A DNA stretch of 64,000 nt from Octopus bimaculoides (lineage: Eukaryota). Position numbers and translations under genes: made by a program. The stretch spans positions 50,498,477-50,562,476 of the forward strand of contig NC_068992.1 in assembly GCF_001194135.2 (NCBI RefSeq), in the 5' to 3' direction. The notes beneath the pieces are model-generated. The model saw only the letters and a program-made list of their open reading frames with translations, searched no databases and was not told the origin of the DNA. Position 1 is the stretch's first letter. Every line of letters starts with the position of its first letter. Positions 27,723 through 40,714 of the stretch are shown here, piece by piece.

Positions 27723-27798
27723 ATAACATTCACAAAATTACATACCATTCATTGAATTCCATAACATTCAGAGAATTACAAACCATTCATTGATTCTT
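27723..27798. repeat. 38-bp tandem duplication
   Basis: ataacattcacaaaattacataccattcattgaattcc followed by ataacattcagagaattacaaaccattcattgattctt. Confidence 0.8.
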
Positions 27799-28764
27799 TC
27801 ATATTATTCATTGAAAATTGTCAGCAGAAACTGGTTCCAACAGGAAATAATCTCTGTGCTCAAAATCTAAGATAAGGCTCTCGAATCAGTTCCCTAGTGA
27901 CAGGAAGACAATGCTAACTCCGTTCAGAATACAATTATCTTGAAGATATAGAAGAATACAATGAATCTAGTTATAACTGTAGAATATCGTTGAAACTATC
28001 CAGTATGACTGAAAAACAAATATGGTGGAGAAAGAGGAAGTGAATGAGTGAGAAATAGATTGAAAGGGAGAAGGAATGAAAAAGAGTAAGAGTGAGACCC
28101 TTTTGAAATGTACAAAGGAAAGTAAAATAGATTCTTTTAAAGTGTTACTTCTTATATCAATGAAAACTTTTCTATCCTTTCTTCTTAGATCATCATCATC
28201 ATCATAGAAGCTGTCTGAGAAAATCAAATCTAGTACTGAGGACAGGTGACTTTTGAATGGTGATATAACTGTGTCCGTGTATAAACATCAGCGAATTCCT
28301 TCGACAACTCATTCGCTCAAATGAAAACGTGCTTGTATATTAATAAAGTAGAGTATCTTACAAAAGTATTTTGTATCCTTTATCAAACCGCCTGTTTATT
28401 ATTGACTGTCAATATATCAACATTAAAGTCGGCTTTAGCACATTTGATATACAATATAATAGGTTAATATTTCCCCGTTTGGATGAAAATAACAATGTGA
28501 CATTTTTCCTCAAATTATGCAAAAATACTCAAAACTATTTTCTGAGATCGTGAGACAAAGTGTTCCGTTTAGACTTGGTAAATTCTAGGCAGAAATCTAA
28601 CTCCTCCTTCATAGCATATCATTATATCAAAAAATAGCATGAAAAAATTTAAAAGAAAAACATGTTATATTTTATTGTGAAATTGAAACTCATGGAAAAA
28701 ATTTGCATGTTTGCAAAAAAAAAAAGACCCCAAAAAAACAAAAAATCTCACTCCAAATGAAATA

Positions 28765-28981
28765 CAGTAATCTGTCAACTATCACGGGTGTTACGTTACA
28801 AAACTACCGCGATAGGTTAAAATCCGCGAAGTAGAAACAGTACTGTACTGTATTGTTTCTATTCTTTTTATAATTTGCATGTTTATTTTATTATAAATGC
28901 AAAACAACACCATTGGGTAATCGACATAGGCTCAGGTAATAAACCACGATAGGTGAACCGTGCTATGCCGAAGGATTACTC
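28765..28981. mobile_element. pogo/Tigger-like MITE with TA target duplication
   Basis: TA|cagtaatctgtcaactatcacgg ... ccgtgctatgccgaaggattactc|TA: imperfect TIRs of the CAGTARTCCC class, plus subterminal repeats ccgcgatagg / ccacgatagg. Confidence 0.7.
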
Positions 28982-29367
28982 TAACTGAAATTTCCATTTA
29001 TCTACGAAGATGTAGATGGTAATATCTTCACGATTGGTCGACAAATGTGTCGAAAAGGCAAGTTATACATTTTCATTTTCACCACGATCACAACGGCATC
29101 TACACTTTGATAAAAACGAGCTATAGAAGTATTCTCAGTTTAGCTTTTGTAATAAATACTCTAGAATGCTGCTTCATTAACCAACCTATCAGAAATTTTA
29201 TTCTGTGATATGAACTCTGCAACTATCTGTATGTGCTGAGATGTATAAATATACACTTCGCGTTTTGAAAAAATTACCATCCTGCATTTTGAGTCTGCCA
29301 GAGATCATAACTATAATACTACGCTTTTTTTTTCTACTTGTAATTGTATATTATTTATTTATGTGTT

Positions 29368-29615
29368 TCAGCCAAGTGGCTGCGGTCATGCTGGTGCACC
29401 ACCGTGATTGTATATTTTTTATCTTTTACATGTTTCAGTCACATTAAATTGCAGCCATGAAGAATTTTTAGTTTACAGAATCGACCCCAATACATATTTT
29501 TGTTAAATCTGGTACTTATTCTATCGGTCTCTTTTGCCAAACCGCTAAGCTACGGAGACAGACACATACCAACACCGGTTCTCAAGCGGTACTGGGGGAC
29601 AAACAGTGACACAAA
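29368..29615 (-). mobile_element. 3' half of a SINE sharing its terminal module with family A
   Basis: Reverse complement contains cttagcggtttggcaaaagagaccgatagaataagtaccag...tattggggtcgat. The cgat..aataagtaccag and tggggtcgat blocks match family A. The element abuts a long (TA)/(CA) tract. Confidence 0.65.
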
Positions 29616-29719
29616 ATACATGCATATGTGTGTATGTTTATATACATATATATGTGTGTGTGTATACATATAGAGTTACATGCGTATGTATGCATATACG
29701 TATATGTATGTGTGTGTTT

Positions 29720-29785
<66 letters not shown>

Positions 29786-30016
29786 TTTACATACTTACGT
29801 ACATACATATTTACATATGAACATACATGCACAAACACACACACATATATGCATATAAATACACGCAGACATATGTGCATTTACATACTTACGTACAAAC
29901 TTACACACGAACATACATACACATACACACACACATAAATGCATATAAATACACGGAAACATATGTGCATACACATACATGTAATTATATGCTTATATAT
30001 AGGCATGCATACTTGT

Positions 30017-30052
<36 letters not shown>

Positions 30053-30134
30053 ACACACATATATTTGTGGGTAGGAAAATACAAAAATTCACTTGCATAT
30101 ACAGGTATAGAGACATAAGCACACACATGAATAC

Positions 30135-30272
30135 CGTGAGCAGCAACAAATAGCTTGGCAGAAACATCAAACAATAAAACTGGTTTCTCTTCCTTCTCTG
30201 ACGGCAACACCTCCTCCCTCAAAGCTCTCTGATAACTTCTGCCAATATCAAAGAGAAAATTTGCTGATATTT
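30135..30272 (-). CDS. Candidate internal exon (phase 1-1), product unknown
   Basis: 138 nt open: EISANFLFDIGRSYQRALREEVLPSEKEEKPVLLFDVSAKLFVAAH. GNN-rich codons, higher GC than flanks, donor CG|GTATTC. The acceptor (catgtag) is weak. Confidence 0.3.
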
Positions 30273-32126
30273 CTACATGATATTCAGTTATTTCCATTTT
30301 TGCCAATTAGTTCTTTAATGTCGAATACCATGTGCTTAATTTGATTTCAGTTAATTACTAGAAATAAACCATTTTTGGCAACCTGCAGAATTCTTCAACA
30401 AACAGTTGTATTTAATACGTTTCAATTAAATGCAATATTAAAACGCATATAGAAATTAACCAAAATGTTCAGTATTTTTTATATTATTTTTTGTACATTA
30501 ATTTAAATAAAAACTTTTAGTTTGTTATTTTTTCTTGTTTAAAATTTTATTAAATTTCTGTTAATATTTCATAACTTATAACTTTCATTTTATTTAATGA
30601 TAGAAATTTTTCATTTCAATTTGGGTCTTTTTCTTTCTTTCATTTTGGCATGTATATGTATATGAATACACATGCATATATGTGTATGTATGTATCAAAA
30701 TATGTGCATGTATAAGATGGTATTTATTTATACGGTTTCATTTAATGATATTTTTTCATTAATACTTGATCACTTTACTTTTTTTATTATTTTTTTTATG
30801 TCTAATTCTAATTACCACTGAATGTTCTTTAACATATTCCAAATTTAAAGATGTATTGTTGAACGTATTTCCCGTTCAGGTGTTTAGTTTAATAAATAGA
30901 AGTTGATTAGCAGCATGCAGCAAATGTGCATTAGGCAATCCAGTTCGGAAACTGAACAACTTTACCTCGCTTTTTCTATGTGAAAAATAAAACACAATTA
31001 CGACTGAAGCTGGTGAGATATACGCATATGTACGTACATACATATGAGTATATAAAACAGATGGTAAGATGAAACTTCAAAGTTACTGACAAACGCTTTC
31101 CTGTAAAACATTAATAAAGATATATTCAATATGTATTCGACTAAGAAGTATTGAGTGATCCTTCAGTTTAATAATAAATTGATTTTTAAATATATATATA
31201 ACTCTACATAGAAACAAATATATATGAACACTTATAATGAAAATGTTTCACTAAAATTTTGTTTGTCTTATGTGTTCGTATTAGACAGTTTCAAGTGCAA
31301 CAAAAGAGTGAAAAACGAATACACCCTATAACGGAAGACGAACCAAAAAAATTCTATCGTTTGCCAGAATATCGTGTGAAAATTACGCTTATTGATCGCT
31401 AATGCGAGTCTGGAAATAAAAAATACATATGCGTCTTTTTTATTCAATAAGCTTTTCAATTTTTTCCCTCTCAAATCCCATGATAATTGCAGAGAATTTA
31501 GAATCTAATCAACCACTCACATATACATTATCGTTATTACCGTCTAATGTAGGTCAATGTAACTGATATTATTTTATATTTATGACATAGTAACGCTCAT
31601 ATTTGTAGAGGAATTGTCTCGCGCGTAAACGTTTGCTGGCATAATCGTTTGATCATCAGACAAATTACAATTCGGTATAACCACCGAAATTGTGCCTGCA
31701 GATTGCAAAGCAAGCCTGTGTTAACTTTGCAATTTATCCTTTGTGATTTAATATAAAAAGAATTTGAAATAAGTCAATTCGTAGAGTCGATAGAATTGAC
31801 GAAGACTTTGCCTTCAAAACTGTTCATCTTGTATATAAATCAGAAACCACTGCTGGTCTATTGTATTTATATTTTACTTAAAACATCAACATGTATAAAT
31901 ACATTGTGTTTTTATATTACTTGTCCCTTTACAGAATGGGACATTTTACTACCATTAATTATAAAGCCATTTTGTATCTCTTTCAAAGATATGTAACAGA
32001 AGCAGGTGTATGTACGGAAGACAAGTTTCGGAAGAACTAAACTATTTCTTGATATATCGTTTTAAATTATTCAATGATGGTAGTAGCGAATCTACTTTAC
32101 AGAAATAATAATAATTTGAATGTCCT

Positions 32127-32959
32127 TATATATATATATAGTAAATTGTTGTATATATTGGAGTGGGTGTCTAGAGTTGTACAGGGAATTAGTGACAGGC
32201 AAAGACGATGATGTCCATGAGGAATCTCTGGGCGTTGGGAGAAATGAATAGGCTGGTCTTTTATCGGGCCGCCGGGACCTATAGATAATTTCCAGAAGTC
32301 CTTAACCTGGGAGAGCTACGGGGAGTGGGTGCTCTACCGGTTCGAGACAAGCTCTACAAACACGCACTGCTGTCAGACGGACCTGTACAAGATGTCCGCA
32401 GGGGATGAACCGTTCTGTATGCACTCATCCAGTTGACATGTGGAACTTTGCTGGAGAGCCGTTTTTGCTCGTAGGATGGATCCGGTTATCCGCTGAGTCC
32501 ATCATAAATATTGCTTCTCTATTTTTGAGTCGCAAGGGGCAGGTAGTTATCTTTCATCTGATGGCTGTAGCGAAAGAGCTAAATGTGGTGAAAAATTTGA
32601 AAGGATTGAAGGTTGACACTTCCCGCTTCGGCCTAGGCTCACATCATCTTTTTCAACTCCTACTTGAAAAGGTAAGTGAGGTGGCGTAGTAAGTGCTGAC
32701 CTCAAGTAATTTTGCTGTAATATGGATTAATGGGATGAGGATGATCTGAGTTAATGGTCCTATTCTGAGCATGTGCCTGAAGGCAGGAGGGAATGGAGAA
32801 GAGAGAGGCGTCCGCTCGATGTACCTTTGGTACTCGGGTTATCCAGGATGTGTGGGGCTCCTCGGTTGCCGCTAGATGGAGCTATCCCCTTTCGGAGAAT
32901 TTTATTTTTACTGTTAATCGTTATTGTTTTTTTTCACTTAATACGCACTATATATATAT
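32127..32959. mobile_element. GC-richer island bounded by (TA)n on both sides, probable decayed retroelement fragment
   Basis: Visibly higher GC than the flanks, with (TA)n at both ends and stops in all minus frames. No diagnostic motif recognised. Confidence 0.3.
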
Positions 32960-33950
32960 NNNNNNNNNNNNNNNNNNNNNNNNNNNNNNNNNNNNNNNNN
33001 NNNNNNNNNNNNNNNNNNNNNNNNNNNNNNNNNNNNNNNTATATATATGTATATATATATATTCACTGTCCTTTGTGCTGTGCCGTCCTTTGTTTTTGTG
33101 TAGAGTCCTTGTGGCCAATAAAGAAAGAATTATTATTATTATTATTATTATTAGTAGTAGTAGTAGTACTGTGCTAATTTCTGACTGTATAGTTTTTGCC
33201 GCACAGACTAAAGAATATTAGGCGAAAACACACGGAAAATATTTCTTTCTCTCGCTCAAAGATATAACTAACAATGATCTACATGAATAATAAAACCCAA
33301 ACAGAAAATAAAATAAAAACAGAAACGATCGGTCTATCCTTTCTCTCCACAGGTAAAATATTTAAACAAAATCTAGAATTTTCCCCTCCTACCGCCTCTA
33401 ATTGTTAATACGCTCCTATTTTGACTAAAAGTAAATTCCGGAAAAGAATATTTCATTGAAACTCCTTGTAATTGAGTTTTAAATTCATTTCCAGGAGAAT
33501 TTTATTCTTCACCATCGTAGAATTACTGCAACGAAATTGGTGAAATCTGCAATATTAGCGCACTTAATGGTAAAATTGCATTTTGCTGATCGAATTAACA
33601 AACGTCTGCTGAAAATTGGATAAAGAAATGTGGCTAGAAGAAAGATGTGATTTCTCTAGATGCTCTGATATGGTTTTGTTAAATTCTTTTTTGTTTGTTT
33701 TAATTTGTGGTGTATTGCGGTCTTGAAATGTTGGTTTGTTCCTTGTTATTTTCCATTTTTCTTTTCTTGTTTCCAATTATAGTTTATTTATTTTTCATTA
33801 TTTATTTATTTAATTATTTATTTATTCATTCATTCATTTATTTATTGCGCCAGATACGAATCACCGGTTTCAGAAATAACACGATAACAAAAGAATTGCA
33901 TGAAATCAATTAATAAAACTATAATAACAATAAGTATTGTTTTTATTATT

Positions 33951-33952
33951 GT

Positions 33953-34002
<50 letters not shown>
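33951..34002. repeat. (CTA)n microsatellite
   Basis: Direct reading. Confidence 0.95.
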
Positions 34003-34587
34003 TAATTTTACTTGCCGTTGTTGCTGTGATTGCATATTGGTATTACTAATATCGTAATTATTGTGTATAGTTTTGCTTTTGTATATTTGCATAATTGCCA
34101 AGAAACTAAGTCTAAACAGTGAACCAAATAATATTGGTTAGATTCAGATACATTTTTCTCTGCATGTCTATTAATTCTAAATTCTATTGATAAGTTGTAA
34201 ACAGATGTATACGTGCACATTTAATAAATATATAGTTAGATTCTCTCTGCAAATAGAATTTCTTTTTAAACTAAAATCTCCCTCACACATAGACATACAT
34301 ATTTCTCTCTCTATCTACAGAACGAATTTAAACAGAAACTAACTGGTCTCTTCTAAGAGGTTTATTCGCTTTGCTGAGACATTCGGAGAAATATTTATAG
34401 AAAATGCGATGAATAACAGGTACGGATTTTAAAACATTCATATCAATACGTATCAATTTCAGGTCTGAGATTCTCTAGTCAGTTGTAATGAAACGTACAT
34501 GCAATGGAACTCAGCAAAAACAAGAAGGCATTGCAGTTTCCTGTTATCTTTTAGTGACTTTTAACTTTTATTATACTTCCGCTCGTC

Positions 34588-34800
34588 AAGGCGACAGGCT
34601 GGTAGAATTCTTAGTATGCAGGACAAATTGATCAGCGGCATCTTGGCTGTCTTCAGGTTCTGATTTCAAATGCTACCGAGGTCGGCTTCTCCTTTCATCC
34701 CTTCGGAAGTCTTTAAAAGAAGTGCGAGGTAAATACTGGAGATAATTTAATCAACCGGCCTCCTACCCCAAAATTTCAGGCCTTCTTCCTTTAATACAAA
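34588..34800 (+). mobile_element. SINE family A copy, diverged
   Basis: aaggcgacaggctggtagaattcttag...ttcaaatgctaccgaggtcggc...cctttcatcc...ccccaaaatttcaggcctt. Confidence 0.8.
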
Positions 34801-36837
34801 GGGTTCTGTATACTATCTTCTTACACTTCTACAAATAGCGTATTCTACAAATGTTATCCGCATTTCACATTAAATGGTTATACCTCTGCTAATATGTCAT
34901 ACTACAAATACATTCTGCACTTCTTATTATCTATTTACGCTGCGCTAAATTTTTGTTTTGTAATATAAATTTTATTCTGAGTTCACATCATATTTTAACA
35001 CCTATACAGGTTTTGCATTATAAACTTTATTCACACATCAAATTTAATCACCTTTCTTTAGAACGAATTCAAACAGCACAGAAAAAAATGAATGAATCAT
35101 AAGTTATCCAAGAAAGGCGCAATCAACAATGATTTCATATGTCTTCTCAACTTGTTACCAAATGGTGAACTTTGATGCCTCAAGAATATGAAATACGTAG
35201 AAGAATGCAAATCCCGGTTCTAAATGACATGAATATCAAAGAGTTCTGCTGTTAAATTCTTGCATTCAAAGGTGGCTTCAGTGTCAATTACAATGAAGTA
35301 AGCAATGTCAGCAAAATTATTTAAAGTACATAGTGAAAGGTTTATCTTTTATTAATGTACGAATCAACCAATCCTCGTTACTGTTTGTAATGTCCAATGG
35401 ATTGATGGATCACGTTACACTTAGAGAAACCAAGAACTTATCACCAGATGTAACTGTTCGAGTTCCTTCTTTATTTATTTGATATACCCTAACATACATC
35501 TATACTTGCAAGATGATGCTGCTATAGTATCGATGTACAATAATTCTGACTTTTCTCCCAACGTATACATGTAGATTGTTCATAAGTTTTAAATGGTATA
35601 AATAAAAAAGAAATACAAATGAAGAATCAGCCAGGCTGTATAAATTATTTGGGGTGAACTTGCCCAAGGTTATCGAATTACTGAATGATTTAAAGTCTCA
35701 GTTGCACAAGAATACGTATTATCATTTCACAAAAGTAGCTTTTCTCATTGCCATATGTCTGTCATTTTTTGAGAGGGGGATAAAATAAGAATTCGAAATA
35801 ATGTCGGAAGATTTAGCTCATCCGAAATTCCGGCACAAAGCATAGGGAGGTGATTGAAATTGTGAATAAATGATTTTGATGGACAATCCCTGTGGTGCTG
35901 ATAGTCTTAATCTCCTTGCATGGAAAGTAGATCATGTCAAGAGAAATGTCCCTAAAGGTCCTGATAAGAAGGTTTTTTTTTTAATGTAAACGGATATGCT
36001 GAATATTGCCGGCACTATAGTGAAGCTAGAGTACAAGTTAATCGGTATTTCATTATTAATCACTATCCAGTGGTGTTCTTCTCTAGCGAAAAGATAGAGC
36101 GAGGCATAATTAGATGGAGAGACATATGGAAGCTTAGCTATAAAGGGAGATGGGATAAGTAAATGAACAAGTGACTGGATATCTATACGTAGATAAATAC
36201 GTACTTCTGTAGGTGGCTGTATAGGAATATATATGTACGAGCAAGTGTGTATATGCATATATATACATATGCACAAGCTAATTTTATCTGGTATCGGTCT
36301 TCTACTCACTGTATGTTTAAAGAGAAAATTTTCTATGTATACATAGAGTTGAGGCATTGGTGTAATCATGACATTCTGGTGGTCTAGGAACTAAATTACT
36401 TTATCTGCTCTGGTTTATAAATACACAATTGTATTGTATAACGCTAAGTATAACGTAGATACGTAAATCTATAATACATTGAATTTATTGTTACATGATA
36501 ATGGGAGCAAAACGGCCGTAATCCTAAGGAGTAGAAGTGGTTACATAAATATATTAACCTATTATATCTCCTGATTTAATGGTTTATATAATCCGCAAGA
36601 GAAAAATCAAATCGATCCGATCTCCTGGATTTCAGCTGTATAGAACTCCACGTAATACCACTCCGTGTTCGATTTCTATCTGGTCTGGTAACCGTGTCCG
36701 CTACACAGATCTTTCTGTGTTAACTACACGATTCTATGAATTCATATATTATACTACACACACAGGCATAGACACATACTCACTCACGCACAAACATGCA
36801 CATATACTCACACACATTTATACAAACGTAGATACAT

Positions 36838-36875
<38 letters not shown>

Positions 36876-37105
36876 NNNNNNNNNNNNNNNNNNNNNNNNN
36901 NNNNNNNNNNNNNNNNNNNNNNNNNNNNNNNNNNNNNNNNNNNNNNNNNNNNNNNNNNNNNNNNNNNNNNNNNNNNNATATATATGTATATGTATATATA
37001 TGTATATACATATACAAATACATACACACACACACACATATATATATACATATACGCGCACACACACACACACACACACATATACATATACGCACGCACG
37101 CACAC

Positions 37106-37168
<63 letters not shown>

Positions 37169-37383
37169 CACATACAAACACACACATATGCACTGCGGCT
37201 TATATTGCTATATGTAACCATAGAAACATGTACATATGTGTATGTGTGTCCGTATACATACATATGGTGAGAGAGGAAGCCAGAGTAAGAAGGACAGAAA
37301 AATGATAATGATCAAATAATCAGTTGTCAAAGTGACGGTACATTTGAGAGAGAAATGATCGTTTGGATATGCTTGGTATTTTG

Positions 37384-37450
37384 TCACTGTGTTTCCATCT
37401 TTCACTGTGTTTGCATCTTTCACTGTTTGCATGTTTACTGTATTTGCATC
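37384..37450. repeat. Degenerate 18-bp tandem repeat, about 4 copies
   Basis: tcactgtgtttccatctt / tcactgtgtttgcatctt / tcactgtttgcatgtt / tactgtatttgcatc. Confidence 0.8.
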
Positions 37451-38129
37451 GAATGTCACATTACTCAGCAGTGCAGAACCATTTTCTGTTGCCAAAAGAT
37501 CTATTATTAGAAGGTCGAGAGACATTGGTCAAGCTAGAATTCAGATGAGGTCTGGTTTAGAAAATTGATTGACATAGTGTCTGAAAATTTGTGACAGTTC
37601 TTTGGTAATATACGTTTTTTTTTCTTGGTTTGCTAAAATTCTAAAGCAAACATTACTGGTACTTTTAAAATAAAAAGGATAAACTTGCAAAATTTATTTT
37701 GCAAATATTCTTCTGGTGGATTATTATATAAATAATGATCTTAAGAATAAAGAGGAATTGGTGACCATACTGTTAAACAATCGCTTAAGTGTCTTGGTTA
37801 AGATGTTTTGTTAAGCACAGAGTGGGACCAGGCAGAGATCACAAATAGTTTCTAACCGTGACTGTCCCGATTTCCATCATAACAATTTAAACACATGCAC
37901 GTTTCCGATTTAACACGAATAAATACCTTATTGAAAGAGATAGACTCTTATTTCTAGCAGATTTACCAGCTATGCAAATGTTCCCGTCATGGGTCATTGG
38001 CTATCATGATCTTGTTTCTGACGAGAAAAAAAGTACTATTTCCTTATTTCTTGTAGCCAAGCACAAAGTAATTCTAAGAGCTGAGTTTTATACTCCAATG
38101 CAATTCATCTCGTGATATTATTCTAAATA

Positions 38130-38230
38130 TTTTATTGACCATGGAAAGATAAAAGGAAAAGTCCAATTAGATAGATATTGAACACGTAATCATAAGTTAG
38201 TGGAGTAGATAGTGCGGAATCTTAAGCTAT
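38130..38230 (-). mobile_element. Highly degenerate SINE family A fragment
   Basis: ttttattgaccatggaaagataaaaggaaaagtc resembles the reverse complement of the family body. A similar minus fragment is at 53765-53840 and a plus fragment at 53990-54120. Confidence 0.45.
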
Positions 38231-39619
38231 GCTTTTGATATTATTTGCTCTAAATGCAAAGAATGTAGTGAGAGCAATATATACGAGGTCAAAGTGACAA
38301 CCATTACTATGTTTGAACGTAAATCATAGCTCAAAACTCTTGCCTATCACTGATTCAGTTTAGAAAAGACGGTCATTCACGTTAGTTTTTCGTGTATTCT
38401 GACAAAAGAAAGTTCTATGTACGCCTGCATTTATGCACGTATATATATATANNNNNNNNNNNNNNNNNNNNNNNNNNNNNNNNNNNNNNNNNNNNNNNNN
38501 NNNNNNNNNNNNNNNNNNNNNNNNNNNNNNNNNNNNNNNNNNNNNNNNNNNNNNNNNNNNNNNNNNNNNNNNNNNNNNNNNNNNNNNNNNNNNNNNNNNN
38601 NNNNNNNNNNNNNNNNNNNNNNNNNNNNNNNNNNNNNNNNNNNNNNNNNNNNNNNNNNNNNNNNNNNNNNNNNNNNNNNNNNNNNNNNNNNNNNNNNNNN
38701 NNNNNNNNNNNNNNNNNNNNNNNNNNNNNNNNNNNNNNNNNNNNNNNNNNNNNNNNNNNNNNNNNNNNNNNNNNNNNNNNNNNNNNNNNNNNNNNNNNNN
38801 NNNNNNNNNNNNNNNNNNNNNNNNNNNNNNNNTATATATATATATATATATATATATATTTGCGCTTGTGCGTGATCGTGCTAGTTTGTATATGATGCGT
38901 AGCTTAAATGAAAAGGTGTAAGAAAATGCTGCCTTTTGCTATCATGCATGCCATGTCTTTGTAAAAGAGATTGTAAAACCTAGATTAGTTCCAATAGACT
39001 GGTTAATATTGAACAATGGCAGTTTATTGCTTTGTTCTACAAGGAATGGAGATAGGAGAGAAGATGGCGGTATAGAGTACACATCATTCGTTCTGTATAC
39101 CAACTACTGAGAGAGATAGAGGGAGAGAGAGAGGAAGAGAGAGAAAGAGAAAGAGTGAGAGTGAGAGTGAGAGTGAGAGGAGTGTGAATGAGTAGAGAGA
39201 AACGGCAGGAAGCAAAAGAACGAAGACAATGATAATAATGTAGAATAAAATGAAGAAAAGTTGATGAAGAACATGAAGTTGGTTGTGATAGTGATAGCGG
39301 CTGTTGTGGAAGTGGTGGCGACAATGATATTGGTGGTTGTGGACGAACTTATTGATGCGGTTGGCTTTCAAGATAATAACGACATGAATAATCAGGAAAG
39401 AGAAGAGATGAAAGGGGATCGATAATCGTAGTACAAGTAGTAGTAGACGTCGTAGCGTTTCTAAGTTTTTATACTTATCAAAAATTCGTTATCCAAGGTA
39501 TTATATATTAAAAATAAAATACAGTGTGATTTAGAGAGGGTTTCACTGATAACTTTTGTGAATATAAATTTAAATCGTGTGCGGATGTTGTTGTTGTTGT
39601 TGTTATTATTATTATTATT

Positions 39620-39880
39620 CCTTTGCTTTGTAACACAGTGTAGGTAAAAATGCACCGGAGTCTTTAGTCATCTGTCAATTCACAACCAGACCGATAGTAC
39701 TTTCCTTAAGATGTGCGCTGTGCCCGATAAGGCTCCTTTTTGCAAGACATCAATCTTGCATGGGATTTCCACTTGCCTTGAGAAGTCTTGAAGTTTCGAT
39801 GGGATTGAGCCCAACGCTCCGATCACCACTGGTATCACTTGTACATTACACTCTCGCATTCCATAATCTTGCCATTTCAA
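39620..39880 (-). mobile_element. 5'-truncated R4/Dong-type element (endonuclease C-terminus plus 3' UTR) embedded in (TAA)n
   Basis: IEMARLW (1-nt frameshift) GMRECNVQVIPVVIGALGSIP...LQKGALSGTAHILRKVL*, then a 60-nt UTR and an (AAT)5(AAC)n tail. A long (AAT)n at 39885-40020 lies on the 5' side. Confidence 0.88.
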
Positions 39881-39884
39881 TTAT

Positions 39885-39902
39885 TGTTATTGTTGCTTTT
39901 AC

Positions 39903-39987
<85 letters not shown>

Positions 39988-40020
39988 AATAATATTAATA
40001 TTATTATTACTAATGTTATT
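39885..40020. repeat. (ATT)n microsatellite
   Basis: Direct reading. Similar tracts at 62350-62440 and 63905-64000, and (CTT)n at 62737-62808. Confidence 0.95.
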
Positions 40021-40714
40021 ATTCGTACTAACAGAACGCATGCCTCATTGCTCGTTTATTTTATCGCTTAAATTTTTTCTTCAAAAGTCGTAAATTGTTT
40101 ATTATGTTACAGAATGTTTGCTGAAACGAAAACCATTGCATAGCTTGGGTTCATATGTTTGTTCGAGAACCTTTGGGCACTCAATTTCAAAAAGAAAATT
40201 TTCATCATGTTTAGGGAAAAAAATGATTTTATTAAAAAAATATATGGTGCCGTCCGCCATGATTACAAACATGGAAGAAGAACTAAGAGATAGTTCTGAT
40301 AGTGGGTTGTGAGATACGTTAGAGCCCTCCGCCTTCTACCCTGAAATGGAAGGCAGGGTGAGTACTCACCAAGTTCAAAGTACAGTGAACCTCACTACCA
40401 CTATGAGAACAAACACCCGCAGCAGCAACAACTGTGACAACGCAGCGCGGGAATTGGAATTATTGCAATTATGAAGTTGAATTTCCCCGCAATAAATGAC
40501 ACACCACCAAAAGTATCAAATAAGTGTAACATTAATAAGACTATGAGCATGGTCACGGCGAACTCCTCGACCGCCATCACTGCCAATACCACTGCTACAA
40601 GAAATATTATGATAAACGATAACAGCAAAAGCAACATAGTAAAGGAAAAATTAGCTATTTGTTCTACATTGATTATTTGAAGCTTTCTAGAAAGATACAG
40701 ATTTTTCACTATAA

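Noticed and set aside
32558-32581. Hammerhead-like CTGATGG-CTGTAGC-GAAAGAGCTA
   Set aside because: A9 is missing, the stem II loop is only 2 nt, and there is no stem I. Likely chance.
35932-36369. 145-aa minus ORF, and the 125-aa plus ORF at 53237-53614
   Set aside because: No recognisable motif or consistent splice signals. The first runs through low-complexity TA/CA sequence.
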